Of a stretch of DNA of 64,000 bases, positions 37,587-51,332 are shown one piece after another. The DNA lies in contig OX597816.1 of NCBI GenBank assembly GCA_951406725.2, positions 47,120,001-47,184,000 of the forward strand. Direction: 5' to 3'. The position numbers were made by a program, and so were the translations under genes. Source of the DNA: Octopus vulgaris (taxonomy: Eukaryota). The notes below the pieces were generated by a model that saw only the letters and a program-made list of their open reading frames with translations, ran no database searches and had not been told where the DNA came from. Position 1 is the stretch's first letter. Every line of letters begins with the position of its first letter.

Positions 37587-39454
37587 GTTATATATACTTT
37601 ATTTATCTTTAATGTAAATCCCTTTATAAAAAAAACATTAATATTACTAGTATGAAGAAAGATAAAAATCTTGAGTGTTTTGACATTTGTAACTCTTGTG
37701 AAAATAATTAAAGTGAATCTTTTATTTGATGAAAATGAGCTAAAACAGCAAATAATAATGTAATAGGATGAGTCACTTGAACTCAACTGTTGAGGATCAG
37801 TTGGAGGAATGCTATACAAATAATATAAATTTGTCAATGAGTTTGCCTATGATGTGAAGGCATGTAGCCTAGTGGTTAGGGTGTTGGGTCACAATTGTAA
37901 GGTTGTGGTTTTGATTTCCAGACCAGGCAGTTGAATTCTTGGCATTTCATGTTCATGCTGCTCCAGTTCGCTTGGCCTAAATTGAGTACTGGTAATAGGT
38001 GAGGGTTAATCCTGCAACAGACAGCATCCTCTTTCAAGATAAACTCCAGCCTAAAGAACCTAAGACCATTCATAATGAAAAGCTGTATCCACAGTGCTAG
38101 GCCATATTAAAAAATAATGCAAATCTGTGCAAGCAATCATTGAAGCTCTGAATATTTCAGAATGCAGTTAGTACTCGGGTGCAGACATGGTCGTGTGGTT
38201 AAGAATTCATTTCATAATTCTCTGGCTTCAGGCTCGATCGCCCTACATGGAACATTGGGCAAGTGTTTTCTAGGCACACCCTCACATTGTGGGTGGAATT
38301 TGGTAAATGGAAGCTCATTGGAGGGACTGTTCTTATATGCTAAACTTTAATCCACACCTCAGATTAACATTGACACTTGGCCCTTGGACATCTTTAATGG
38401 AGCTCTGTAGTGTTGTGAGAATTCTGGCTATGTCTACTTTAACCCTTTAGCTTTCAGATTCTGTCAAATCTAATGCTTATTTATTTACATTCCTTTGCAT
38501 TATCTTGTGTATCTTCGATATTTTGAAGGTATGATTGTATATATTTAGACAGATATTGTAGGGTAGGTGTGAGAAGCCAAATCTAGCTGGTTCAAACATT
38601 AAACTGGTAGAATATTTGGACTTTGTATAATCGGTTTAAATGCTAAAGGGTTAACAATAGCTTTTTCTTCCTTTCCCTTTCAAGTTCAGGAGGTCCTGGA
38701 AAGGATTATCAATTGTTGCCTTTCCTCCTGACCAAGCAATGAAACAAAATTTTAAGAAAAGAAGAGTATAGTAGTTTGTTGTTTAGACCTTAGCTATCCT
38801 GATTGAACAGACTTATAATCAAAAGTGTTCTGTCTTTTTTCCTTGTCAGACAGTATGTATGTAGGACTGCATTATCTTTTGGGTCATTCTTTTTGTAAGG
38901 AGGGAGATATGGCACTTATTTCTAGAAGGTTGAGTGACCACATAAAAATTCCTGTGGCTTGAAAAAGTAAAATCTTTATCACTACTGTGGCTATGATGAG
39001 TAGATGTTCTGGTTTTACTGATGACTAAAAGCCCTCCTGTGAGTAAACAAAAAAAAAATAGTTGTGTAATGTGGACAAGGTGTGGTTTCTGACCATTTTA
39101 GGGCAAGACTGTTCTTGAGATAGTAATAATAAGAAAACTTGATAGCAATATATATTATAGCCATTCAGCAAAGTTCTGCAATGAAGTGCCACCTGAAACA
39201 CGAATACACCACTCCTTACTGCATATAGATCTGTTTGACTTGAAATTTTTTTGCTATTTTGCTGATGCAGACTCTAGTCTCCTTAAATTCTAGTTTTTAC
39301 TTTAGCGAGAGAGAGAGAGATGGAGATGAACAAAAAAAGAAACCCGACCTATGTTTGCTTATTTTTCCCAATTCACCAGTTAACTTAGTGAAATTTGAAC
39401 CAAATGTTCCAGTCAAGTTTTTAAATAGTTTCTTCCTTTAAATTCTCCTTAAAG

Positions 39455-39564
39455 GCAATTATCGGCTAATTGAGCGTCCTGGTTTCAACAATGGATTTGG
39501 AATGACCACCACTATAAGAGGAAGGAGACCACCTTTTGGAGCTGCTGCACCATGGGTACCTGAT
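39455..39564 (+). CDS. ZC3H18: ZC3H18 coding exon 4
   Basis: (G)NYRLIERPG...AAPWVPD, continuing 'GNYSLI'. AG/GTAAGT. Confidence 0.9.
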
Positions 39565-40249
39565 GTAAGTGATTTTAGTATTTCTTGCTTTAAGATTGCC
39601 AAGTGAATATCCAGCCATTATGTTAAGCAATATAGTTGGCTTTCTTTAAAAGACTTCTGTATGAAAAATGTTATATTTCACAAAACTTTTCTTCTGGTAC
39701 TGATTTGTGAAATTTTTGTTTAGAAATTATGTCTTGTGAAAAAAAACAAAAAAAAACAGATAAGAGTTTTTCTTGTATTTGTATTCTGATAGGAACAGAT
39801 ATAATGTTGTAATACTTTGCAAAATGGTGATTGTTATAGAGATATATAATGTAGATTTCTCCATAGACTGATTCAGCATTAATTAACTGAAATGTTCTTA
39901 TCCAGTTTTCAATACCTGGAAAACAAATAACTTAAGAGTTAGAAATGGATATTTTCATAAATTCAAAGATGTTAATTAAGATGTATAAGAAAAAAAATCT
40001 CAGACAAAGATAGTGCATGATTAATTCAAAACAGGTGACAGAGTGATATGAATGCTAAAGTTTAAGGCTGAAAAAATTAATTATGTAGATATCTAAATTT
40101 ATAGAAAAACTAACACTTGTTCTTATTGAGAAAAAAATGTCAGCTAAATGTGTAAATTGAGAATAGAGGCATATGAAGAATCTTGTGTATATGTTTCTTA
40201 TTGTTATTTTCTGTATTAAGAAAACATTTGTAATTTCAATATTTTGTAG

Positions 40250-40336
40250 GTTCCACTTATACCAGATATACCACCTCCAAGAGAAGAGCCTCCTGCTGAA
40301 ACTGCTTGGGAAAGAGGTCTTCGCTATGCAAAAGAG
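40250..40336 (+). CDS. ZC3H18: ZC3H18 coding exon 5
   Basis: PPPREEPPAETAWERGLRYAKE matches 'PPPEPPTESAWERGLRHAKE'. Confidence 0.95.
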
Positions 40337-40377
40337 GTTTGTCAATGTTTTTATTTTGAAGTGGCTTTCTAAGAGAA

Positions 40378-41745
40378 TCATCATCATCACTTAACGTCCA
40401 TTTTCCATGCTGGCATGGGTTGGATGGTTCGACTGGGGTCTGGGAAGCTAGGAGGCTGCACCAGGCTCCAGTCTGAAATGGCAGTGTTTCTACAGCTGGA
40501 TGCCCTTCCTAATGCCAACCACTCTGAGAGTGTAGTGGGTGCTTTTTATGTGCCAACGGCACAGGGGCCAGAGGGGGCTGGCAACGACTGCGATCGATTG
40601 ATGCTTTTTATGTGCCACCGGCACGGAAGCCAGTCAAGGCAGTACTGGCATCGGCCACATTCGGATGGTGCTTTTTATGTGCCACCAGCATGGGGATCAC
40701 AACTAAAATTTCATTTGATTTTGGTTTTGATGTACTTGACTCAATAGGTCTCCTCAAGCACTGCATGTCGCTCTACGATCCAAGGTACTTTTGAGTGGGC
40801 TGGTTATGCGACACTGGTGTAGGTTACAGCTGTGAGCTCATTTTATTTGCCAGGTCTTCTCAGTCACAGCATATCTCCAGAGGTCTCAGTCTTTTATCAT
40901 TGCCTCTCTGAGGCCCAACGTTCGAAGGTCATGCTTCACCACCTCATCCCATGTCTTCCTGGGTCTCCCTCTACCCCGGATTCCTTCCACTGTTTGGGAG
41001 TGGCACTTCTTCATGCAGATCTCCACATCCATCCATAGTACATGACCATACCAATGCAAACGTCTCTCTTGCACGCCACATCTGATGCTTCTTATGTCCA
41101 ACATGTCTCTCAGGGTGCTTACACTCTGTTGTGTATGCACATTGACATTACACATCCAGTGGATCATGCTAGCTTCATTTCTTTCAAGCCTGCGCATGTC
41201 TTCAGCAGTCATGACCCATGTTTCACTGCCGTGAAGCATGGCAGTTTGCACACTTGCATAGTACAATTTACCTTTCACTCTGAGCGAGTGGCCCTTTGTC
41301 ACCAGTAGGGGTAGGAGCTTTCTGAACTTTGCCCAGGCTATTCTTATTCTAGTGGTAACACTCTCTGAGCATCCACCCCCACTACAGACTTGGTCACCTA
41401 GGTAATGGAAGCTATCAACTACTTTTATTTTTTTTCCCCCCTGGCATGTGACGGAATCTGTTTTCTGAGCATCTGTAATGTTTATTGCCCCTGTACATTG
41501 CCGCACACGAAAGCTATCTTCCCAGTTAATCTTCCTTTGATGTTATTGCACCTCATATGTGTCCATAGCTTACACTGGGTATATCTTATAGAGTTTCTAC
41601 CTACACCTTTTCTACAGATCAAGCAGGGCCACCTACCTGAAGGGGTGTGTGAGGTGTTTGCCTTCCTACTTACTAGAACTTTGATCTTTGCAACATTGAC
41701 TCTAAGGCCCTTCGATTCTAAACCTTGCTTCCACACCTGGTCAGG
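40378..41745 (-). mobile_element. 5'-truncated RTE LINE (RT C-terminus, 3' UTR, (GAT)n tail)
   Basis: WKQGLESKGLRVNVAKIK...WPCLICRKGVG...FHYLGD...MLHGSETW...RRLHWYGHV...GRGRPRKTW, frameshifted. Confidence 0.92.
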
Positions 41746-42284
41746 AGTAAATGTCACATGACTGAATACTGAATTTTTTGGTGTCAGTTTTGGCAAATAT
41801 ATTATGGTGATTCTCTAGTTTATTTCTAAAATGATTTGAAGATTCTGCTGTGAAAACAATATGAAGACAGTATGTCAACCAACTGTTGATGTTAAGATCA
41901 AAGAGGATTTAGTGGTATCATATGCAAGTTTTATTGATTGTGTTTATGCATTTTTAAAACTATTCAATGCTTGCTGTCGTGTAGAAAATAATATAAAGAA
42001 AAGAGAAGTACTCAGTGGCCAGTGGGATGTATTTGAGGTACATAGACAAATACTGATATAGGAAATAACATAAGAATTATTGATTTCTCAAGATTATCTC
42101 TACCTCTAGTAGATGTCATAATTACCAAAAAGCAGTTAAGACCGGCTCTACATCAAAAGGAGAGATAATCTCAAAGCTCAAGAATTCTCCACAGTTGACA
42201 TTCCATTAAAGAAAAGGACTGATTTATTGTCTGGAGATAAGAGGATTGTCATGAACATGTGTTTTTGTATCAGACACTCTAGAC

Positions 42285-42622
42285 CAGTGTTTCTTGACCT
42301 TTTTACCCTTGCATAACCCTTAAAATAAATTACATGTCTCAAGGAACCCCTGCACAAAAAAATTATATATCATATCTTTCTCATATTTTTTCCTCGTAGT
42401 TCATGTGGTAAATATCATATATATTTGTTATATTTTTGATAACATAAGTTAGACAGGATGATGTTTATATTGCAATATTACAATAACCAGTAATATGCTG
42501 TGCAGTTGAGTAATATTATGATCATGAAATTAGCATTAGCTTATCTCATTCTTTCTTGTGGAATCCCTAGGAACCTTTTGCAGAACCCTAGGGTTTCGGG
42601 GAACTCCGGTTGAGAAACGCTG
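42285..42622. mobile_element. hAT (Charlie-like) MITE with 8-bp TSD
   Basis: TIRs CAGTGTTTCT / AGAAACGCTG. Perfect TSD CTCTAGAC at 42277-42284 and 42623-42630. Confidence 0.88.
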
Positions 42623-43913
42623 CTCTAGACAATAAGCCTGTCTCTTTCCTTAATGGCATATCAACTTTAGATTGTCTCCCCTCCTTATATGGAGTTGGTC
42701 CTAATTGCCATTTAACAATATATTCTCTAGAGGCAGAAATAAATTTAATCAATCAAGAATTTATGTTGTAGCTTTATTGTATTTGATTTTGATAAATCAT
42801 CATCATTCGTTTCCCATCCCCTCATAGGCTGGACAGTTTGATGGGGGTGGGCGAGCCATAGGACTACATCAAGTTCTGTGGTCTGCTGTAATATATATAT
42901 AAGATTTTTGAAAGATTTAATCACTGAATATGAAAATAGAGCAGTTTGATTTTTTCCTATGGTTTCACTAATCCATTGGGAAGTAGTTCCATTTTTTTGG
43001 TTTTTGCTGAATTCATATGAAATATAAATATGTTTTGATGTAGTTATAGAAATAAAGCAAATTCAAGGAGTAGTTTTAGAATTCTGATAAAGTTAAAGGC
43101 ATTTCATTAAAAATATAATACACCAAGTAGTGTGTGTTCTCAGGGAGGGTCTGTGGAGACTGTAATGTGGACAAAGAAATTGCTAAATTTTTTGAACTAT
43201 TCCAACATTATGGTGTAGAAAGAAAGACTTGTATGGATGCAAACTCCGACATTTTCTCATTAGTAAGGGAGTGGGAGGTAGCAAGAAGTTTTACTATTTT
43301 CTTTCTTGGGGGCCAGGCTGGTATATTATCAGTTTGAGAACTGCTGCATTATCCTTCATTAAAAAAAAAAATTTATCTTTAGATCTGCTCTGGTTATACA
43401 GAAAAAAGTGTTTTAGCTGTAATCAACTTGTCTTTATTTCAAACATATTATCTGTAAAACTTCATTATCCAATATGTGTCTTGTAGTTTTCTTAAGATGG
43501 CAGGCATGTGATTTTAGGGAGATTTGAATGCTATTTCTAGCAAGTCAAATTTTGCTGAATACACTTTAGTTTTCTGAGATACTGTTGGCCTTTGAATATA
43601 TTGTTTTACTGTCAGCTGTTTTTCTTTCAGTAACCATTCAGTTTGAAAGTGGTTGATTTAGTAACACTCCTCCCCACTAAATTTCAATTGAACTAGAGTT
43701 TTTACAGTTATCTTCACTTGAAAAAAGCCATATTTCTTTATTAGCTTTTTTTTCATATTTTGAATATTAGAAACTTATTTTTATGTTCCACATGACAAGA
43801 TATGCAAGATGACATGGTTTATATTATTTTTTACAAGAATGCTGTATAAATGTCTAGAATATACTTTGCTTTTTACAGTTTGATGATAATGGTTGCATTA
43901 TTTTAAAATTTAG

Positions 43914-44056
43914 TTGATGAAGAAAGCTATTCAGAGAAAAGAGCAAGAAACTAACTTTGAAGAAAAACGCTTAAACCTTGGCTTAGAGGAAGAGAGGGAG
44001 CAGAATAAAGAAAATGAACAGAAACGTATTATGAAAGATCCTTACTATGATTTGGA
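43914..44056 (+). CDS. ZC3H18: ZC3H18 coding exon 6
   Basis: LMKKAIQRKEQETNFEEKR...DPYYD matches 'VLKKATIRKEQEPDFEEKR...DPYYD'. Confidence 0.95.
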
Positions 44057-46018
44057 GTAAGTTACATGTTTATTGTGTTCAGTTGTTTGCAAATTAATTT
44101 GTTACATTTGTTTGTTTTGTAGTTAATAGATTTCATGTGGATGGGTTCATGTTTAAACATTTCTTTCTTCATGCGCATATTTAATAGATGATGGTTATTG
44201 CTGCTACTGTTTAGTTTTGGATAGCTCGGGTCAAGCAAACTTACTGATAAGTGGCATTTCAGCTATGACTATTCTGTCTTTTAATTTATGAAAGACTACA
44301 CCTTGGATACGTAATCAAAGTATCACAAGTAGATTTTGTGTAGAAGGAACTAAAATTCAGCATTGTGAGCCAGTGTATTGACATGTTAATTTCCTAATGC
44401 TGCTTATAGCGATGAACTGCAGTATCTACTTAAATGTACGTGAACTTAGTCATTTACCCTATGCCTCAGCACTGGTGATTGGACATATAGAATTCCTGAT
44501 CTTTCAGCTTAACAATCATTTTGTTCATTCTTCTTTTGAAATTTGTATTTCATACAAAGTTTATTTTTGTGGTATATAACCAATTTGTGCCTCTATATGC
44601 ATGTGTTTAAACATACTACAATCTTCACATGTGTGTATGTGTTAAATATTCACAGTAACACAGAAATGATGATAATATCATTCACTAAAAACTTAATTTT
44701 TTCCTTTAAGTTGACTGATGAGCTAAGTTATATTCCAACAATGCCCATTCGATATTATCCATATTTTCCATTATTTTGTTTCTTAATCATTTATAAGTCA
44801 CAATAGTTTGTCATATGTTCATAATGCTTCCTCCTCTTTTCCATATTTTAATGGGTTATTATTTCCACCTAGAAAAGCTGTAGTTTATAAAGTAAGGATA
44901 AAAAGAACCAATCTGAGACAACAATCTCTAAAAGAATAAATAACCTAGACCTGAATGGAAGTAAGATGGGAAGGTTTCTCCTAATTTAGTGCTGAATGTG
45001 TACACAATGAATCCATTCAGAATGCATTTTTCATAGCACTTCAAATGAATCTCATGTGATGACAGCTCTCAGTGAAACAGTTTCTTCAGTATTGGTAAAA
45101 TTCTCATATTAAACAACAATGAAAGAGAGAGAGAATTATACTTTTGACCATCTGTGTCAAAACTGCTGACATATGTTGACAGTGTTAGTATTGTCCATAG
45201 TTTGTGTTGTGCTGGGTGATTCTTTATTGTAGACCTAGCAAACTATAAGCGTTATACATTATGTGACATGGATTTGTCAGTAGGCTATGATTTGGCATGG
45301 TGGAAATTACTTCCTCAAAGCACCAGGTATTAAAACACCTGTAATTCAAGCACAAGTGAGATCTCTTACCCTAGATTCCATTCAGGAGTGATGGGCATCA
45401 GTGTTTCACCATTTTTGTGGCTTATCAACATCATGTACCTAAACTGAATTGAAGGTGAATCATACTGCTTGTCCACAAGTTATATACACATAGTGTAAAA
45501 ACTATGGGCTGGTATGCCTCTGAAAATGCATACATAAGAATAAATTCAGATACGAAGTCGAAGCAGTGCTAGTGTAATAAACATTATTGACCATACCTAC
45601 TTAATGTATACGGTTTGTGTGTTTGCCAGTAGTAGGCTGTGATTTGGTGTGGTGGTGATTACTCTCTCAAAGTGCCACCTAAAAGTCATGGACAGGTGAG
45701 ACAACTCACCCCAGATCCCATTCAGGATCAGTGAACATTGGTGTCTAATGTAATGCTTATTTATTCACATTGTTTTGAATTAATCATGCATTATCTCATA
45801 GCTTTTGAGATTTTAATGATTGTTTTTTAGAGTGATATTTTAGGGTGGGTGCGAGAGGCTGGATCTGGCCTGTTTGAATATAAAACTGGGTGTATATTTG
45901 GGTTCGATATGGCCGGTGTAGATACTAAAGGGTTAAGGTGCATATGGTAGTATGCGTCAATATTGTGCAAGAAAAATCACTGGAGATAATTTAGTTTGTT
46001 GTACTTTTCTTGATGCAG

Positions 46019-46133
46019 AGATGAAGATGATTATTATAAGACACATGTACATGGCTGGCAAACAGGACAGTATGAAAACTTTGAAGTTCGCTGGACAAGA
46101 GAACCTGATCATATCAACAGTGCATATCATGGG
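46019..46133 (+). CDS. ZC3H18: ZC3H18 coding exon 7
   Basis: WQTGQYENFEVRWT matches 'WRGGQYENFRVQYT'. Confidence 0.92.
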
Positions 46134-46262
46134 GTAGGTTAATGATCGTAATGATCCACATATCAAGCTTAACTTTTGAAATGTTCATTTCTATGATTTC
46201 TCTTTGATTTTTTTTTTGTTGAATACTAATGACATTGTTGTTTTCTTATTCTCTTTAAATAG

Positions 46263-46420
46263 AGTAGAGAACGGGAAAGAGACCGTCATCCTGCTCTTCT
46301 CCCCACCAGGGAAGTACAGCGGCAACCATATGGCTCACCAGTGGAGCGATTAGATCGTATGGATAGATTAGACAGAGTGGAAAGAATTGAACGTATGGAC
46401 AGGATGGAAAGAATTGAGAG
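46263..46420 (+). CDS. ZC3H18: ZC3H18 coding exon 8
   Basis: SRERERDRH...ERLDRMDRLDRVERIERMDRMERIER, AG/GT, phase consistent. Confidence 0.88.
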
Positions 46421-46851
46421 GTATGTCATTAGAAATAACTTCAACTTGATAATTATGAAGATCATTATTTTTAATTTTGAAAAAACGGAAAAGACTGAGT
46501 CATCAGATCAGTTTATATTTTTATTCTTTTACTTGTTTCCGTCATTGAACTGAGGCCATCATAGGGTACCACTTTGAAGAGTTTAGACAGACAATTGACT
46601 CCAGTACTTAGTTTTGAGTCCGGTACTAGTTCTGTGGCCTAGTGGTTAGGGCATTGCACTAATGATCATTAGATCATAGATTCAACATTTGACACACTTG
46701 TGCATCTGTACAGACAATGTCGATTTGATGGAGAGAGCTTATGTAAACACAAACATTTGATCACTTTAAACAAATTATCTGTGTGGTTATTTAGCAAGAA
46801 ATTGTGGAACTCTCATCCATCATCTAATGATGGGAGAGTCCATAATATATA

Positions 46852-48920
46852 CTAGCAGGAAGACCACTCTCTGGTCAGTTTTCTGTCAGCTACTTGATAA
46901 TATTTTCACATTTGATTCCCAATTCTAATAATTTTTATATTTTACATCTAATTATTTCTTTGTATAATAATGTTCATTTGCTTAGTAAATTTTGTTTTCA
47001 TTATTTTATCAGTCATAATCTCTCATTTTTAAACAAACAACTATGGAGTGGGGAAGCAGTTTGTCAAGTTTTACCTTGCCTCGAAGCAACATAGAGATTT
47101 CAGTACTGCAGCCCATCTGTAAGCTTTGCAGTGTGTATGTGTGTGAGAGAGAACATTGCAAATAATGAATGAAATAAACCGGAAATTAAAAAACTGTATA
47201 GATAAAAGGGCAAAACTACAGATGTGTACGCCCCTGACTTTGTTGCCTCATAACATCCAGAAAAATGGATACTTTTTAACGAAATTTTTTACAAATACTG
47301 CTTAAATGCTGTGGCTTCAGAGTATATAGGGATTTATGGAAAAGAATTTTTCCGAGGGGGTGGAGAGAGGAGTTTTGAAAAAAAACACACAATCCGACTT
47401 TTTTCCTTCATAACTTCCAGGAAAATGGGTATCTTTTGATGAAAGTTTATACAAATACCTTTCAAACAGCTTAGATTACGACTATAAAGAAATTTGTGAG
47501 GAAAATTTTTTCCAAGGGAGTGGGGAGAGGAGTTTTGGTAAAATGGAGTTTCAGAATCATGAAGACCAAATAAATTAGAACTCCTCTGTTTTGATGGGGA
47601 TTTCCCCCACTTTTTTTTTTTTTTTAAACCACAGCCTTTGAAATGATGGGATGGGATGGGATGGAGTTGGTGGGGTAGGGGACATCTTTGTATGAAAAAT
47701 GTTTGCCCCCCACCCCAACTAATCATCCCATTCCGGACATATTTTGGCCAATTTTTTTTGCACTTTAAAACCATGGGAGGAGCCTTTTGGGTAAAAAAAA
47801 AAAACCAATGTTAATATTTTCAGAAGGAAAAATGAGTGATTTAAGAGAGATTTGGCTATTGTTTCTAGCACATCCCAAGCCAACCCTCTTCTTTTCTCTA
47901 TCACTCTTGCATGTATTGATGTTTTTCAATATTTTTCTCCCCCTAAATACATTTATATGCTATAAAAACGAAAATTTGAAAAATTATGATGTTTTTGCAA
48001 CTCCACTTCCTGTTCCCTATTGTTTTTGTTTAGAATTTAAAATATTGGAGAGCCTGAGGTCATTGCTGGCATTTATCCACTGGTTTAAAAAAACCTTATG
48101 TAATTCATTATAAAAGCATAACCTTTCTGTTCGAGAACGTTTTTTTCTTACGCACAACATGCAGCTTCGCTTGATTGAGGTGGGGGTAGAAATTTCGATT
48201 ACAATTTTTTTTGTTGCTTAAATTTCACCAATGGACCATGTGTGTGTTATGTCAGAACCATCATTCCATGAAATGTGTTTAATCAGAAAAAATATTGAAA
48301 AAACATCAATACTTGTGAGAGTGAAAAGGGATGGTGGTTTGGGTTGTGCTAGAAACAACAGACAAAGCACCCTTGAATTGTTCACCTTTTCCTCTGAAAA
48401 TATTTATATTCTCTTTTTTTTTGTTTTTTTGCTAAAACGGTTCCTCCTGTGGTTCTTATGTTTAAAAAAAAAAATGACCAGAATTGGCCTGGATAGTTAT
48501 TATTGTAAGGCTTATAGCGTTTCAAACAACCAAAACAACAAAATCACTTAATTTTTTTTTTTACCAAAATTATACCGGTATATTAAAAAAATTTCATTAA
48601 ATAAATAATGTTTTTACATTACATATATAGAATAAACTGTGGGTTTTCCAAATAGCAAATTAAAACTTGAAACAAAAACATTGAAATAGAGAGTGGGAGA
48701 CTTTGCAAATGAAAATGGAATACTCCACAATGAATGTAACGAATATTTAAATTTGTGAAAAATTGTAGTTCAAAAATTCAGTAAACTTCAGAAATCAAAA
48801 TTATAGGAAATTTCTTGGAACATGAATTTATAAAAAAATTTCTAGATGGTCAAGCCTTTAATAATTGCTTTCTTTTAGTAACTGTTGAAAAGCAGCTTTC
48901 TCCATTGAAATATAGATTGA
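46852..48920 (-). mobile_element. Non-autonomous Helitron-like element (about 2 kb)
   Basis: CTAG end at a TA site with a GACC..GGTC hairpin, and a TC/AATCTATAT start at the other end. Internal duplications. Confidence 0.5.
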
Positions 48921-49254
48921 TAGATAGATAGATATATGTGTGTGACAGGCTTCTATACAGTTTCTGCTAATCAAATTCACTGGGCTGAACCTGAAACCAC
49001 GTGGGTACAAAGTGAACTTTTTAATCACAGAGCCATGCCTGCTTGTGCCATGTTTTTAATAATAATGGTTAATTTCTCTTAGTCATGCTAGGGTCTTGTA
49101 AGATAAAATAATGTTTTAATGGAAGGTGTCATTTGTTTCATCTAATCAGCAAATGAATTAAAAAACATATGTGAATGTAAAATTAAAATTAAAATTGTTT
49201 ATTGTGTTAATAAATTTTTTGAGGAAATACACTGAATTGCAAATATTGTTTCAG

Positions 49255-49509
49255 GTATGATGTAAATAAAAGGCGAGATGAACGCAGAGAAGCAAGAGAT
49301 ATGCGTGAGCCTAGAGATGTCCGAGAACCAAGGGAGATGAGAGAGATGCCCAGCACTAGGGATGTTAGAATTGATAATAGAATTGATAATAGAATTGATA
49401 ACCGAGTTGATGGACGTTGGCGGGATGATCGTCGGGGTGATGACCGCAATTCAGAAGACATCAACCCACAGAGACCCCGGGCTGATGAATGGAGAGATCC
49501 CTGGCGACG
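49255..49509 (+). CDS. ZC3H18: ZC3H18 coding exon 9
   Basis: R/D/E-rich, ending RADEWRDPWRR (cf. 'RADEWKDPWRR'). Confidence 0.95.
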
Positions 49510-50855
49510 GTATTGTGGTTTTACTAACATTCACTTTTCTGTTCTGCTGATTAATTCCAATTTGCATCTAAGGTCACTGGAAACTGTTAGTAATTAATAG
49601 TTCTTTACATATGTAAATCCATCAATTAGATATTTGAAAATATGAAGCAGAATTTATATTATTTGTGACAAGAAAAAAAATTATGACTTTTTCCTTTTTT
49701 TTTTCTTTTACACCGCATTCTTCTGCCAAGTTCATTTTTTTACTCATGTAAAGTCATTAAAGTCAATGCATGAAATGAGATAATTTTCTTTTAATTGAAT
49801 ATCTCTTTAACCCTTTAGTGTTTAAACTGGCTATGTTTGAGTCTAATATTCTACCTGTTTTATGTTCAAACCAGCCAGATCTGGCCTCTCACATTTACCC
49901 TACATTGCCATTTTAAAAATAAACCATCACTTCATTGAAGTCTTGATGCTATGTGATAATGCTTGATTAATTCAAAACAATATGAATAAATGAGCATTGA
50001 CTAGAAAAAAAATATGTAGACTATATCCAAACAACAGATATGAGTAAGGTATGCTTTAAACAAGATAAAGTTTTTGTATGAATAATGATGTTTAAAAATA
50101 AAAATTGCAATAGGTTTATTTTTAATAAAGCTGATTAGTTCATCAAAATAATTTTCATAAATAATGAATACAGATTCATCTAAATTCTTAATTCTTTGAG
50201 CCCAAATTGAATAGGCAATGGTCAAGATTTAATCCATGGATATGTTGTGATTTCTTTCTGTGTTTATGTATTTCTGTGAGGGAATAAAACAGATTGCTAG
50301 CTGAGTTCTGAAATGCTTCACACAAATTGAAGTAAAACTAAGAAATCACTACACTCACAAACTGACAGTTGACTAAATATGAACAGCATATTTAATACAT
50401 GTAAAATATAAATATGTCTTCAACTGCAAAAAGACTATGAGGAGCAGACTTTAGCTCTGGGTTTATAATGAAATGAATATATTTGATAAATGCTAATTAA
50501 TCTATCTTGGAGATCATTTCAACATATATCTATTCTGAAACTTTGTGAAATGAAGCGTGAATATTTAATGCTCAGGTGCTTGGTGAAATGCTTCATCAAA
50601 TGACTTGAATACATGGCTATTTAGATACCGATACTCTATCTATTTACCCATGTTGGTCATTATAATCAGATCTTTAGTTGAAGAAACCGGAAGGATTATA
50701 ATTGAAGCCTCTTCAACAAAATCTAGCTATAATATTTTTTAGTATAAATGGTAATCTTAGGAAATTCAAAAACCTAGACCATTGGAAATATTACATTATC
50801 TTGTGATATTTTTTAGTTGGTAAATTCATATATATATGTTAATTTTATTTTGAAG

Positions 50856-50960
50856 GTCGAAATCTCCAAAGAGCAAACGTCGTAATTCACCTTCTCGTAG
50901 CTGGTCCAGAGGCAGGCGGCGTACTCGACGTTCATATAGTGTGTCTTCATACTCTTCAAG
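50856..50960 (+). CDS. ZC3H18: ZC3H18 coding exon 10
   Basis: SKSPKSKRRNSPSRS..., continuing 'RRSKSPK'. Confidence 0.92.
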
Positions 50961-51239
50961 GTAATAAACACAGAAAAATTTATTTGAATCACATTTGAAC
51001 AATATCTTTCTAGAATGTTATACGAAACAACTTCTTTAGCTTATTCTCATTATATTATAAGTTAAGAAATTCACATTTCTTGTTAAATTTGATATTCTTG
51101 AATGTCAGCAATGTATGTAATTTTTCTCTCTATATATTTTTAAATATTATGATGTATTTAAAAACAAAAAAACAATCTGCCTTCTCTCATCGTGCACTAT
51201 TTCACAGTTTTTGTGTTAACTATTATCTGCCTTTTGCAG

Positions 51240-51332
51240 TTCATATTCTAATTCATTCCGCTCCAGGTCCTCGTCTTACTCTTCCTACACTAGTCGGTCA
51301 TCATACAGCCGGTCTTCATCATATAGTTCAAG
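51240..51332 (+). CDS. ZC3H18: ZC3H18 coding exon 11
   Basis: RS/SY-rich SYSNSFRSRSSSYSSYTSRSS, AG/GT, phase 2/2. Confidence 0.9.

Noticed and set aside
37853-37925. tRNA-like sequences (also about 9350-9420, 46633 and 58598)
   Set aside because: Degenerate tRNA-derived SINE heads with no intact cloverleaf, followed by SINE body.
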